Positions 21,216 to 31,517 are shown, counted from the stretch's first letter. The stretch is DNA of 64,000 nt from an uncultured Clostridia bacterium (GCA_904420155.1 CAJFUH010000003.1:11475-75474), one strand, 5' to 3'. Made by a program: numbers and translations. Notes: generated by a model from the sequence alone, not told the origin.

Positions 21216-21255
21216 GAAAAACAGGACGGAGGCTTTGCTCCGCCCTGTTTTTCTC
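21216..21255 (-). terminator. terminator after hpf
   Basis: ACAGGGCGGA-8 nt-TCCGTCCTGT on the minus strand (G-U instead of the A-C mismatch seen on plus), followed by a T5 tail. Confidence 0.75.
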
Positions 21256-21282
21256 TCTATTCACCAATTAAACAAAAATCTG

Positions 21283-21825
21283 TTATACTTCGGGTTCCAA
21301 TAAACCATAAGTACCGTCTTTCCGCCGGTATACTACGTTGATTTCCCCTGTTTCCGCATTACGGTACATGTAAAATTGATGTCCTACCATGTTCATCTGT
21401 AAAATCGCTTCTTCTACGTCCAGAGGCTTTACCGGAAAACGTTTGGAACGCACTACCTGATATTCTTGTTCTTCTACATCGTCCGTCTCATCCGAAACAT
21501 CTTCATGAGCCAAAAAATCGTCCAAAACAGCGGCGCGCATCTTTTTCTCCAGGCGACATTTATTTTTCCGAATCTGCCTACCCAATACATCTACCACTGC
21601 ATCTAAGGCATCGTTCATCTCTTCTGCGGTCTGTTCCGCACGGTATACCATGCCATTCTGCCGAATGGTTACCTCTACGGTCTGCCGGTTCTTCTCCAGT
21701 GTAACGGTAACATTTGCCTGTGCGTCCTCACCAAAGATACGATTGAATTTCGATAGTTTCTTCTCTACACGTTCCTTAAAATTATCTCTCAAATTAACCT
21801 TTCTACTGGTAATGGCAATTTTCAT
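21283..21825 (-). CDS. hpf: ribosome hibernation promoting factor, long form
   Basis: MKIAITSRKVNL start 7 nt after AAGGAGG. C-terminal dimerisation domain (FYMYRNAETGEINVVYRRKDGTYGLLEP). Confidence 0.9.
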   Translation of the reverse strand: MKIAITSRKVNLRDNFKERVEKKLSKFNRIFGEDAQANVTVTLEKNRQTVEVTIRQNGMVYRAEQTAEEMNDALDAVVDVLGRQIRKNKCRLEKKMRAAVLDDFLAHEDVSDETDDVEEQEYQVVRSKRFPVKPLDVEEAILQMNMVGHQFYMYRNAETGEINVVYRRKDGTYGLLEPEV

Positions 21826-22078
21826 GGTACTGTCCTCCTTAGATAAAAATGTAGGCTGGAATGTTGCATCAGATATTCCTCTATCTGAGAACAAAGACCC
21901 TCTTTTGGGACATCCTTTTCTTTGCTCTGTCTATATTATACTACATTACACAAAAAATAGAAAGAGATTGCGAAAGATTTTCATAAAAACTTTAAAATAT
22001 TTTCTTATTTCCTGTTCTATTTTATTTCAAAAACAAGACAATACCTTCCATGACGAAATTTTCTGCTTTCATTTTAAG

Positions 22079-23236
22079 CTATCTTACCCTTTTCCCATTG
22101 CAGAATACCATATCCGGCTTGACGGGTAATTGCAAGGGATCCCCAGAAAACACAGAAAAGTCGGCATCTTTCCCTTTTTTTAAAGAGCCTACTCGATGGT
22201 CGAGTCCACAAATTTGAGCGGGAACAATAGTAATAGCGCGCAGTGCCTGTCCTGGATCCATACCTTCCCGCACAGCTAACGCAGCGCATACAGGCAAATA
22301 TTGGATAGGAATAACGGGATGGTCAGTGATAATCGCAGTAGGGACTCCCGCTTTATTTAAAATCCCAGGATTTTTAGGAGTCAATTCCCTCAGCTCCGGC
22401 TTAGAGCGGTCACATAAAATAGGTCCTGCCAGTACCCGGGCCCTTTCTTGTACCAAATCCTCTTCTATCAAATGTCCCTCTGTTCCATGTACGATAACAT
22501 AGTCAATGTTAAATTCTTTGGCTATGCGAATAGCTGTAAAAATATCATCTGCACGGTGGGCATGAAAATGGGCCTCTATTTTCCGTTCCAATAAAGGAAG
22601 GAGGGCTTCGCATTTGGCATCGTATTCCGGCGGGTCATAGGAATCGCTATCTTCCTCTGCTTTACGCTTTTCTTCCTGGTACCGAACCGTTTTATACAAC
22701 TGTTCCCGAATCACGGCAGCTGTGGCCATACGGGTGGAGGGCATCTGGTTTTTTCCATGATAAACCGATTTTGGGTTTTCTCCCAATGCAAATTTGATCG
22801 CTACAGGATCTTTTAAAATCATGGAATCAACCCGATGTCCACTGATTTTTAGGGCTACCATTTGACCTGCAATGGCATTTGCGCTGCCCGGACCTGTGAC
22901 AACTGTGGTAACGCCCGCATCCAACGCCTCTGAAAAACAACGATCCATGGGATTTACTGCATCTATTCCCCGAAGATGTGGGGTAATGGGATCTGTTTCC
23001 TCATTGCCGTCGTCTCCCTCAAAAGTCAAGCCGTCTTCAAACATTCCTAAATGGGTATGGGCATCTATAAAACCTGGATAAATGTGTTTCCCTTTTAGGT
23101 CCAGGGTTTCTTGATCCTTATCAGTAAGCTGATCCATGGATCCTATTTCAGCAATTTTATCTTCCTGAATCCAAAGATATCCCTGATCGATCGGATCTCC
23201 TTCCATCGTATGGATTGTCGCATTCACTAGTAACAT
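22079..23236 (-). CDS. amidohydrolase family protein (metal-dependent hydrolase)
   Basis: MLLVNATIHTMEG start after AAAGGAG. GFIDAHTHLG metal-binding motif. Substrate unknown. Confidence 0.8.
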   Translation of the reverse strand: MLLVNATIHTMEGDPIDQGYLWIQEDKIAEIGSMDQLTDKDQETLDLKGKHIYPGFIDAHTHLGMFEDGLTFEGDDGNEETDPITPHLRGIDAVNPMDRCFSEALDAGVTTVVTGPGSANAIAGQMVALKISGHRVDSMILKDPVAIKFALGENPKSVYHGKNQMPSTRMATAAVIREQLYKTVRYQEEKRKAEEDSDSYDPPEYDAKCEALLPLLERKIEAHFHAHRADDIFTAIRIAKEFNIDYVIVHGTEGHLIEEDLVQERARVLAGPILCDRSKPELRELTPKNPGILNKAGVPTAIITDHPVIPIQYLPVCAALAVREGMDPGQALRAITIVPAQICGLDHRVGSLKKGKDADFSVFSGDPLQLPVKPDMVFCNGKRVR

Positions 23237-23305
23237 AAGAACTCCTTTTCCTATTTCCTGACAAAAAGAGCGGAGCGCTCTACACACTCCGCTCTTTTCT
23301 TTCCG

Positions 23306-23752
23306 TTATCGGGACTGATTTCCCCCACGGCGGGAAAATCCTCCCCGTTTATTTTCGGTCACTCGCTTCAAATCAGACATTTTCTCATCACTTGTCTGTT
23401 TAAAACGGGACATCATATCCTCAAAGCTGGCTGGTTCGCTGTTGTTTCTCCGTGACTGCCACTCAAAATTGCCCGGTCTCGCCGGACGAGGGGCACGATG
23501 ATTAGACGTGCGTTCCATTTCCATTGCCTTTTTCATGGAAAGGCTGACTTTACCATCCTCTCCAATATTGAGAATCTTTACCTTGACTGTCTGGTTTTCC
23601 GTTACAAAATCCCGGATTTCTTTTACAAACGTCGGTGCAACCTCCGAAATATGTACCATTCCCGTTTTTCCTCCGGGAAGCTCGACAAATGCGCCAAACT
23701 TGGTAATTCCAGTCACTTTGCCTTCCAGAACCATTCCTACCTCAAGCTGCAT
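23306..23752 (-). CDS. S1 RNA-binding domain protein (YabR-like)
   Basis: 148 aa. S1 fold GKVTGITKFGAFVELPGGKTGMVHISE and a basic tail. Same position as B. subtilis yabR after divIC. Confidence 0.85.
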   Translation of the reverse strand: MQLEVGMVLEGKVTGITKFGAFVELPGGKTGMVHISEVAPTFVKEIRDFVTENQTVKVKILNIGEDGKVSLSMKKAMEMERTSNHRAPRPARPGNFEWQSRRNNSEPASFEDMMSRFKQTSDEKMSDLKRVTENKRGGFSRRGGNQSR

Positions 23753-23786
23753 ACAGTAACAATTTCCTCCTTAGCTCCTGAAGCTT

Positions 23787-24092
23787 TTAGTTGCCAGCTA
23801 TATTAATAAAAACACGTTCGCCGGGATATGTCAAATTCAGATTTCCCTCGCGCGCTGCGCGCTCGATATAATCTTTCACTTCTTCATCATCCGAATCCAA
23901 TACGCGTTTTATATCTGTGTTTTTGATTTCCACAATTTCAATCTGTTGATTAAGAGCTTCCAACTCTTGCTCTTTTGCGCGGATCTGTACCTGCTGGTTG
24001 ACCAATGACACCGCAACATACGCCACAAGGGCCAATACTGCTAAACGAAAGAAGATATGCTTTTTTGATTTTTTACGTTTAATAACTCTCAT
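23787..24092 (-). CDS. divIC: septum formation initiator (DivIC/FtsB family)
   Basis: 101 aa. One TM helix plus a coiled coil. Synteny yabP-yabQ-divIC-yabR. Confidence 0.75.
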   Translation of the reverse strand: MRVIKRKKSKKHIFFRLAVLALVAYVAVSLVNQQVQIRAKEQELEALNQQIEIVEIKNTDIKRVLDSDDEEVKDYIERAAREGNLNLTYPGERVFINIAGN

Positions 24093-24631
24093 GCTCTCTT
24101 CTTCCTTTTTGTTTTTTTCTGATTTTTCCCAGCCACACGCTTATCTGCATTATACACTACTTTGCCCCGTTGTTTCAAGCGTATTTTTGATTTCGCTACA
24201 CTTTTTTTTATAAAACAAAAAAAAGAACATACCGGACGTCCCATTAGGCCCGCTACTTTTTGAGAGATCCGAAAAGCTGGCCCAAAAAAATGGACGTTCA
24301 AAAAGGCTATACTTTTTTCTAAAAGGGATACGATCCACTTGATCAAACGAAGCGTCACTGCTCCCACTGTCAAATGATACACACACCACCCGATGATCTC
24401 GCCCGCTAAGATATAGAATCGGAACTCCCCTTTGTTAGCAGCAAACGTAAACAAAAAGGTTAACACGCCGCAGCTACCTAAATAGAAAACATCTTGAAAA
24501 AAAATATGGCGGCGTTCGCTGGCCGTAAGAATCCTGATAATCCGGAAGATATCGTAATATGCTCCCAATAGAATTCCAAACAAGCAGGCATACCCAAAAA
24601 TAATAGGCTGACTGGATAGAGATTGTTCCAA
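24089..24631 (-). CDS. yabQ: spore cortex biosynthesis protein YabQ
   Basis: 180 aa membrane protein directly after yabP, overlapping divIC by 4 nt. Called by synteny and topology. Confidence 0.7.
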   Translation of the reverse strand: MEQSLSSQPIIFGYACLFGILLGAYYDIFRIIRILTASERRHIFFQDVFYLGSCGVLTFLFTFAANKGEFRFYILAGEIIGWCVYHLTVGAVTLRLIKWIVSLLEKSIAFLNVHFFGPAFRISQKVAGLMGRPVCSFFCFIKKSVAKSKIRLKQRGKVVYNADKRVAGKNQKKTKRKKRA

Positions 24632-24642
24632 AAGCTCACTTC

Positions 24643-24951
24643 CTATCGGAACAGTTTGGACAAAAAGCCCCCGCTGCTTGCTTGATTCTCTGTGTAGCTC
24701 ATCGATACAATCTCTCCTTCCAGGGAGAGTTCCCCTGTCTCTACGCTTAATTTATTGATATGGAGATTTCTTCCTTTGACCGTTAGTTCCCCTAGGTCTG
24801 TATAAGCCACTACCGCCTGTTCATCAAAACTGTCTACATCGGAAACTCCTGTGATGGTCATATTCTTTCTATTTTCTAATATCAAACTATGCGGCATTTT
24901 TACCGTCTTTTTTTCCTCTGTCAAAATTGCTTCCCTCCCAAACAAGATCAT
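24643..24951 (-). CDS. yabP: sporulation protein YabP
   Basis: 102 aa with HSLILENRKNMTITGV and LTVKGRNLHINKL YabP-type motifs. Confidence 0.85.
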   Translation of the reverse strand: MILFGREAILTEEKKTVKMPHSLILENRKNMTITGVSDVDSFDEQAVVAYTDLGELTVKGRNLHINKLSVETGELSLEGEIVSMSYTENQASSGGFLSKLFR

Positions 24952-25015
24952 AGTTCATATGTATGACTTGTCTGTCGGTAATATGACATAAGGGAGTATC
25001 CGATAAAACAGAATT

Positions 25016-25261
25016 CTATCCTTCTAACACTTGATATAAATCGCCGGCCTCTTCTTTTTTAGCGTATTCGTTTACTGCTAGTACCTTTACTCTCATAGTA
25101 CGGCTGCCCAGTTGTAATTCTAAAATATCTCCCACTTTTACGTCATAAGAAGCGCGGGCTGGTTTGCCGTTTACCAGTACTCTTCCCGCATCACATGCCT
25201 CATTGGCAATGGTTCTCCGTTTAATGATTCGGGAAATTTTTAAATATTTATCTAAACGCAT
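25016..25261 (-). CDS. S4-domain RNA-binding protein (YabO-like)
   Basis: MRLDKYLKISRIIKRR S4 motif. ATG 6 nt after GGAGG; the ORF-track start at 25282 is less likely. Confidence 0.85.
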   Translation of the reverse strand: MRLDKYLKISRIIKRRTIANEACDAGRVLVNGKPARASYDVKVGDILELQLGSRTMRVKVLAVNEYAKKEEAGDLYQVLEG

Positions 25262-25316
25262 ATAGGTCCTCCTAAAAAACAAAAAAATAAATCATGAAGA
25301 AAATCCTTGCTACCAG

Positions 25317-25360
25317 GAAAAAAGAGAGCACAGCGAAGAAACTCCCTTCGCCGCGCTCTC
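25317..25360 (-). terminator. terminator after hup
   Basis: 15-bp stem (two G-U pairs on the minus strand) followed by T7. Confidence 0.8.
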
Positions 25361-25384
25361 AAAACATATGTCAACACAAAACGA

Positions 25385-25660
25385 TTAGTCTTCCACCGCG
25401 TTTTTGAACGCCTTACCAACTTTAAAAGCAGGTACCTTTGACGCCGGAATGGTGATCGGAGAGTTGGTTCTGGGATCGCGTCCCTGTCTCTCGCTGCGGT
25501 TGCGTATCTCGAATGTTCCAAAACCAACAATCTGTACCTTCTCTTCCAGAGCCACTGTCTCCATAATGGTATCAAGCATTGCATTAACAGCCTTATCAGC
25601 GTCCTTTTTGGAAAGCTCTGCCTTTTCAGCAACAGCCATAATCAATTCTGTTTTGTTCAT
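25385..25660 (-). CDS. hup: DNA-binding protein HU
   Basis: 91 aa with MNKTELI, GFGTFEIRNR and RNPRT-like arm motifs. Confidence 0.97.
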   Translation of the reverse strand: MNKTELIMAVAEKAELSKKDADKAVNAMLDTIMETVALEEKVQIVGFGTFEIRNRSERQGRDPRTNSPITIPASKVPAFKVGKAFKNAVED

Positions 25661-25785
25661 GTTAATAAACCTCCGTTATTTTATATTACACGTGGTACTA
25701 CCTAGATACAGAATTCCTCTATATCTATTTCTTATATTCCACAGCAGTTCTACTTTCTTTTTAAAAATAAGACCCGCTGAGAATG

Positions 25786-26580
25786 TCAATTCTGTTTTTT
25801 CGCCTTCTCCCAGAGACCATCCAGTTCCTCCAAGGAGGCTTCTTTCATATCCAATCCCTTTTCTTTTGCCATTTCTTCTACCATAGAAAACCGTTGCACA
25901 AATTTATCGCAAGCCTTTGACAATGCATGTTCACTATCTACTTTTAAAAATCTTGCCACATTCACAACAGAAAATAACACATCCCCCAGTTCTTCATCCT
26001 GGTGTTGAGCATCCTTTTCTCTGATAGCCTCTTTCAGTTCCTCCAATTCTTCTGAAACTTTGTCTAAGGCACCATCCACATCCGGCCAATCAAAACCTAC
26101 TTTTGCAGCCTTTTGCTGAATTTTTGTGCTTCTCATCAAAGAGGGCAGCGCTTTCGATACGCTATCCATGGCTTGGCTCTGCATACGTTGAGACTTGGTA
26201 CGCATCTTAATGGCATCCCAATTTTTGAGAACCTCATCACTAGTATGCGCCGTAACATCGGAAAAAATATGGGGATGGCGGATAATTAATTTTTTGCAGA
26301 TACCGTCTACCACATCTGCATACGTAAAGGATTGCTTTTCTTCTTCCATTTGCGCATGGAAAACTACCTGGAGCAGGACGTCTCCCAGCTCTTCCTGAAG
26401 AAGTTCCCGGTTTTCCGTATCAATCGCTTCAATCGCTTCATACGTTTCTTCAATGAAATTGGAACGGATGCTCTGATGGGTCTGCTCGCGGTCCCAAGGA
26501 CATCCCTCCGGGGAACGAAGTATTTTCATAATATCCAGCAAGTCCTGCATTTCATAGCGGTCTTTTTGATGAAATTCCAC
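25786..26580 (-). CDS. mazG: nucleoside triphosphate pyrophosphohydrolase MazG (tandem MazG domains)
   Basis: 264 aa with CPWDREQTH and two EEXXE-type MazG motifs. Confidence 0.9.
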   Translation of the reverse strand: MEFHQKDRYEMQDLLDIMKILRSPEGCPWDREQTHQSIRSNFIEETYEAIEAIDTENRELLQEELGDVLLQVVFHAQMEEEKQSFTYADVVDGICKKLIIRHPHIFSDVTAHTSDEVLKNWDAIKMRTKSQRMQSQAMDSVSKALPSLMRSTKIQQKAAKVGFDWPDVDGALDKVSEELEELKEAIREKDAQHQDEELGDVLFSVVNVARFLKVDSEHALSKACDKFVQRFSMVEEMAKEKGLDMKEASLEELDGLWEKAKKQN

Positions 26581-26624
26581 AACGCTACTTCCTTTACCTA
26601 AAAATACAAAAGCTGGTTTTTATT

Positions 26625-28412
26625 TTAACCTATCCATCTATGCTTTTCAAGTATTTTCGCAATTTTTTGTCCTTTGGGCAACATCATCACATCATCTTTG
26701 GAGATTGCTCTCAGACAAAACAGCGCTATTACATACACGAGCACTGCAATGCAGAGGGAAATAATGGTGGAAATCCTTCCTCCCAGCACAAATTTGCTCA
26801 ATAAAGAGTAGGAAACATAGGCAGATGCTGCGCAAAGCCCTGCGGCAATGAGAGGTTTCACAAATACAGAAATAAAATTCGGCAGGATATGCGTTTCTTT
26901 ACATAGGAAATACAGCGCTGAGATGGAAATAAAAGCATAACACACCAAAGTACCGGTTCCCGCCCCCTGGATATTGATCTCTGGAATACCCACCATCGTA
27001 TAATTCAGCACCACTTTTATGATAACGCCAATGGACATCAGTTTTACAGGCAGATCTACTCGCCCAATGGCCTGCAGCATACTACAAATAGGGGTGTTAA
27101 TAGCAACAAAAATCCCTGCAAAACCCAACAAGGACAACACATTTCCTACCACAGTGATATCTGCCTGATTATCGGATTTTAAATAAAGCAACTCTGCGAT
27201 AGGGTGAGCCATAACGGCTATTCCCAGCCCCGCGGGAATGGTGATGAGGGTAGTAATCCGAAGGACTGATTCAATACTCTTTTTTATTTTCCGACGGCTT
27301 CCCTCTGTCCAGGCTGCGGTAACAGAAGGCAATGCACTAATGCCAAATACCTGCGTAATAGCGGGAATCAGCATCATCAATGTCATGGCCATAGAATAGC
27401 AGCCGTATAAAGTCGTCTGCGCTTTATCCACTTTATCCGGTGTAATCACCTCTGGATAAAGTCCTAATAAGATATCTGGCTGAGAACTCATAATATCCGC
27501 AATTCTGCGTTGGATCAAAGCGGAATCAATAAAGGTTGCAATATTGATTACCAAAGCTCCCAACGCCACGGGAATCGCAATACGGATCAGTGCTTTTACA
27601 GTAGCGCGGTTGCTTCTGGGACGGGGGGAAGTGATCAATTCCTGCCTGGTGATCCCGTCTCCCTTTCTCTTATAACGGAGAAATAAGAATAAGAAACCAA
27701 ATATGGATCCAACCGTAATGCCTAGGATAGCACCGGCAGCGGCAAAGGGAAGCACAGCGTTACTGGCGGCTTCTTCTGATTCGCAGGCGATACCAAACAC
27801 GGTTTGCGTAGCGGCGTATTGGCTCATGCCGATTTGGATGACCGCATAGGAAGCAGTCAAACCCACAATCAATTTGCTGACCGCCTCAATAATCTCGGAA
27901 ACCGCGATGGGGGTCATGTTGCGCATACCTTCATAATACCCGCGGTAAATCGACATCAAACAGGCAAAAAGAATGGTAGGCGCCAGCACCCAAATTGGAT
28001 ATTTTACGCCGGGAGAGGAAACAAAGTTGGCGTAAAAGGTAGATCCTATCATCATCAGCAGAAATCCGACGACGCCCAGCAAAGCAAACGTAGGAATCGA
28101 TACCCGATGAATTTTTCTAACATCCCGAAATCTCTTGCGGGTTACGCTCTCTGAAACCATCCGGGCAATTGCTACGGGGAATCCTGCCGTTGCTAAAGTA
28201 AACAGCGGATTATACAAGTCATACGCCGCTGTAAAGTACCCCATACCTGTAGTGCCCAAGATACTTGCCAATGGTATTTTAAATAGCGCGCCGATCAGTT
28301 TGACGACCGCCATTCCTATGGTTAAAATCAAAGCCCCCTGCAGAAAAGAATGATTAACCCTTTTCTCACTTCTTCCGGCCTTTGCTCTTACCTCCATTGC
28401 AACACATCCCAT
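26625..28412 (-). CDS. MOP-superfamily flippase (SpoVB/YabM/MurJ-like polysaccharide biosynthesis protein)
   Basis: 595 aa with about 14 TM helices. Position upstream of mazG matches B. subtilis yabM. Start uncertain (ATG at 28412 or 28397; no strong RBS). Confidence 0.8.
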   Translation of the reverse strand: MGCVAMEVRAKAGRSEKRVNHSFLQGALILTIGMAVVKLIGALFKIPLASILGTTGMGYFTAAYDLYNPLFTLATAGFPVAIARMVSESVTRKRFRDVRKIHRVSIPTFALLGVVGFLLMMIGSTFYANFVSSPGVKYPIWVLAPTILFACLMSIYRGYYEGMRNMTPIAVSEIIEAVSKLIVGLTASYAVIQIGMSQYAATQTVFGIACESEEAASNAVLPFAAAGAILGITVGSIFGFLFLFLRYKRKGDGITRQELITSPRPRSNRATVKALIRIAIPVALGALVINIATFIDSALIQRRIADIMSSQPDILLGLYPEVITPDKVDKAQTTLYGCYSMAMTLMMLIPAITQVFGISALPSVTAAWTEGSRRKIKKSIESVLRITTLITIPAGLGIAVMAHPIAELLYLKSDNQADITVVGNVLSLLGFAGIFVAINTPICSMLQAIGRVDLPVKLMSIGVIIKVVLNYTMVGIPEINIQGAGTGTLVCYAFISISALYFLCKETHILPNFISVFVKPLIAAGLCAASAYVSYSLLSKFVLGGRISTIISLCIAVLVYVIALFCLRAISKDDVMMLPKGQKIAKILEKHRWIG

Positions 28413-28581
28413 CCATTTTTTCGATTGCGTCTGGTTTATTATATTACTCTATTCCCATTCATATGTACAGGTTTTCCGTCACTTTTTCCTGAAAATGTTA
28501 TGATTCCACGAAGTTTATCAAAAATCTTCGGAACATTCTTGGTGATATTTCTATTGGGGAATCTCAATTATTTTGTATAAC

Positions 28582-28610
28582 AAAGAAGAGGGGCCTTTTC
28601 TCCCCTCTTC
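28582..28610 (-). terminator. terminator after the zinc-ribbon gene
   Basis: GAAGAGGGG-8 nt-CCCCTCTTC hairpin 20 nt after the stop, with a T-rich tail on the minus strand. Confidence 0.6.
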
Positions 28611-28629
28611 CTCTTTCATGGCTACCAAA

Positions 28630-29121
28630 TTAGGATTTATCCTCCTGCTCTTCCGTTTCATCCTCTTGGGCAGAAGAAACCGGTTCCTGCACCGGCTCGT
28701 CAGCCTCTTGAGACGCAGATGACTGTGCAGGCTCCTCGTGGGCTGGTTCCGCCTTGGTTTCTTCTATCAGTTTTGCCCCGCAACGGCTACAATAGACCGC
28801 CTCTTGGGTATTCTCATATCCACAGCTTTTACATTTAATTCGGTTTCTAGCAATAGCGATCTGATCGTTAACTTCGTCCAGCTGCTGATACAGGTCGTCA
28901 ATTGCAGCGACACATTCCTCTACCAAATCCGCAGAAGAATTTTCTGTCTTCTGTGCATCGTAGACAATCCGCCCCAATGATTCAAAGCGCTTGGAAATCT
29001 CATTGTTGAGATCTGCCGCATTGAGCCTCAGTTTGGAAATATCCACAATCTGGCCTGCTTTTTGGCCCACAGCATTTACCGCCGCTCTGGCGTTGTAAAC
29101 AACGTCCTCCAACAATCCCAT
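28630..29121 (-). CDS. zinc-ribbon domain protein with N-terminal coiled coil and acidic tail
   Basis: 163 aa. CKSCGYEN...YCSRCGAKL CxxC-N-CxxC ribbon. Confidence 0.7.
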   Translation of the reverse strand: MGLLEDVVYNARAAVNAVGQKAGQIVDISKLRLNAADLNNEISKRFESLGRIVYDAQKTENSSADLVEECVAAIDDLYQQLDEVNDQIAIARNRIKCKSCGYENTQEAVYCSRCGAKLIEETKAEPAHEEPAQSSASQEADEPVQEPVSSAQEDETEEQEDKS

Positions 29122-29286
29122 GAAAAATCACTCCTATCTTAAATAGATCCCTATTACCAACTTTATTCTCAAAATATCCTATCTCTGGGATATTTTGATT
29201 ATAACACGTCTCCAAAAGACATACAACCAAAAGGCTGTGACCCAATTATAAAATCTTTGTTAACAAGACTTTTTCCCTCAATCTTC

Positions 29287-30237
29287 TCAATCCTTCCCGA
29301 TAAATTCCCGCAAAAGAGAGGTAGAAGGAACTCGTTCCGGGGCAATGGGGACAAAAGAATTTAATCCTCTAATCAAACGCTGCGCATAAGGGAACTCCTT
29401 ATGGTCCTCAGGAATCTCTTTTAACAACGGCAATGCAACCGAAAGAAAAACACAAGGTTCGTAGATGTGGATGGAATTGATCGTGTAATCGCTGGAATGC
29501 TGGAAAGGATGGATATATAAATCTTCTCCCCGACATACATTGTCCCACATAGAAATCATACGTACCGGATCCACGCCACGATATCGATAATCCCTTGTCA
29601 ACCGCCGGATAAACCGCAGATCCCTTGGTTCCAATATCGTTTGATGTTGTCCTGCCTCAATGCCCTGTTTTACGCTCAAATATAACTTTACCAATCCTTG
29701 AGAGGGTAGATTCTGTGCAATCGCTGGATTCAGGGCATGGATTCCCTCTACAATGGCGATTCCATTTTTCCCTAACTCTACTTTCGTTCGATGAGGAAAA
29801 GGCTTGCCTGTGACAAAATCAAAATTGGGTTTTTCACAGCTTCCTTGCTGGAGCAACCCCAAAAGGCAACGATGGATCTCCTCCAGATCCAAAGCATGGA
29901 CGGATTCATAGTCATATTCGCCATTAGGCAACCGTGGCGTCTGTGGAATTCCTAAATAAAAATCATCCAAGGAAACAATGGTGGTATCTGTCCCCCATTT
30001 CTGTAACTGATCCCTCAGCATGTGGGCAGTCGTTGTCTTCCCACTGCCCGAAGGACCCGCCAACAGAACTACCTTGCAATGACCTTGTAATTCTCCTGCA
30101 ATCCCCTGGATCTGTTCTTGATAACAAGCTTCCATTTTATCCACAAAGTCCTGCGGGTTTTTCTGAGCGCTCTCATTGATTTGTTCTAAATGATAAGAAA
30201 ATTTATAATACATATTTCCCAGGTAAGTCATAAACAA
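29287..30237 (-). CDS. uridine kinase-family nucleoside kinase with C-terminal extension
   Basis: 316 aa with P-loop LAGPSGSGKTTT and LDDFY. Confidence 0.7.
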   Translation of the reverse strand: MFMTYLGNMYYKFSYHLEQINESAQKNPQDFVDKMEACYQEQIQGIAGELQGHCKVVLLAGPSGSGKTTTAHMLRDQLQKWGTDTTIVSLDDFYLGIPQTPRLPNGEYDYESVHALDLEEIHRCLLGLLQQGSCEKPNFDFVTGKPFPHRTKVELGKNGIAIVEGIHALNPAIAQNLPSQGLVKLYLSVKQGIEAGQHQTILEPRDLRFIRRLTRDYRYRGVDPVRMISMWDNVCRGEDLYIHPFQHSSDYTINSIHIYEPCVFLSVALPLLKEIPEDHKEFPYAQRLIRGLNSFVPIAPERVPSTSLLREFIGKD

Positions 30238-30582
30238 TCACCTGCTTTCTTTCAGTGTAAAATCAATTTCCTTTACAAAGGAAAACATTCCTTACCTATA
30301 TATTCCTTATTTGCGTTTTCTATTCCTGGTAATATAATAACATATTTCTCACGGATAAACCATCCGGAAAAAACAAGAGATCCTTGGATTTGGTTTTAGT
30401 TTAAATCTATCTGTTATCATTGTCAAATGCTCCCTGCTTAATCATAGTGATCAAAAATCTCTTATTAAGGATTGATTTTCAATTTTTCATAATGTTATGA
30501 TAAGAGGAAAAATAGGGTACAGGTTTAGCGTGTCCCTTTTGGAAATTTAAAATCTTGTTTAAAAATGGAGGAAACCGGCACT

Positions 30583-31494
30583 ATGATTTATACAGTGACT
30601 TTCAACCCTTCTTTAGATCATACGATTTGGGTAGATCCGTTAACCTTAGGAGAAGTCAACCGAACGCAGAAAGAACAGATCTATCCGGGAGGCAAGGGAA
30701 TCAATGTCTCTATAGTTCTCCAAAACTTAGGGATGGAAAGCACAATGTTAGGCTTTCAGGCCGGATTTACCGGAGCTGCATTAGAAACCATGCTGCAAGA
30801 ATACGGATGTCAAGCCCATTTCATCCCTGTCGCAGGATATACGCGCATCAACGTAAAAATCAAAAGCCAATCCGAAACCGATATCAACGGCCAAGGGCCG
30901 GAAATCCCTGAAGATGCCCAACGGCAGCTTTTTTCTCAATTGGACGGCCTCCGGCAAGGGGATATTTTGGTATTGGCTGGATCCATCCCTCATACGCTAC
31001 CAGAAGATATCTATGAGCGGATTTGTAGGCAGTTACAGGGGCGGGGCGTCCTTTTTGTCGTAGATGCTACGGGGAGACTTTTATGGAATGTCCTTCCTTA
31101 CCATCCTTTTCTCATAAAGCCAAATCACATGGAGCTTGGCGAATTATTTGGAAAACAATTGCAAACCCCAGAGCAAATCATCCATTATGCCAAGCTGCTG
31201 CAAAAAGAAGGGGCGCAAAATGTCTTGGTTTCCCGGGGAGGAGAAGGGGCTATTTTGTTAACGGACGATGGATCTATTTTTCAAAGCCCTTCTCCAAAGG
31301 GAACGCTAGTCAATGCGGTAGGCGCCGGAGACAGCATGGTTGCCGGGTTCCTATATGGCTATTTGCGCCAGGGCAGTTATGCGCAGGGATTCCATATGGG
31401 ATTATGCGCGGGCAGCGCCACTGCATTTCATCCTTGGCTTGCCACAAAAGAACAGATAGAAGAGGTTGCCGGCCGCTTTCCTCTGGCCTGGTAG
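30583..31494 (+). CDS. 1-phosphofructokinase family sugar-phosphate kinase (PfkB family)
   Basis: MIYTVTFNPSLDHT start and GAGDSMVAGF ATP motif. The ORF track starts 6 codons earlier, at 30565. Confidence 0.85.
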   Translation: MIYTVTFNPSLDHTIWVDPLTLGEVNRTQKEQIYPGGKGINVSIVLQNLGMESTMLGFQAGFTGAALETMLQEYGCQAHFIPVAGYTRINVKIKSQSETDINGQGPEIPEDAQRQLFSQLDGLRQGDILVLAGSIPHTLPEDIYERICRQLQGRGVLFVVDATGRLLWNVLPYHPFLIKPNHMELGELFGKQLQTPEQIIHYAKLLQKEGAQNVLVSRGGEGAILLTDDGSIFQSPSPKGTLVNAVGAGDSMVAGFLYGYLRQGSYAQGFHMGLCAGSATAFHPWLATKEQIEEVAGRFPLAW

Positions 31495-31517
31495 CCCTTT
31501 GAAAACAAAAATTGACT

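Noticed and set aside
25252-25632. 126-aa ORF overlapping hup and the S4-domain gene in another frame
   Set aside because: It overlaps the highly conserved HU frame and runs across the hup terminator. There is no RBS or family resemblance.
29257-29266. TTGTTAACAA palindrome resembling abutting Rex half-sites
   Set aside because: Clostridial Rex operators have the half-sites separated (TTGTTAA-N4-TTAACAA). This 10-mer lacks the spacer and lies upstream of a zinc-ribbon gene with no redox link.
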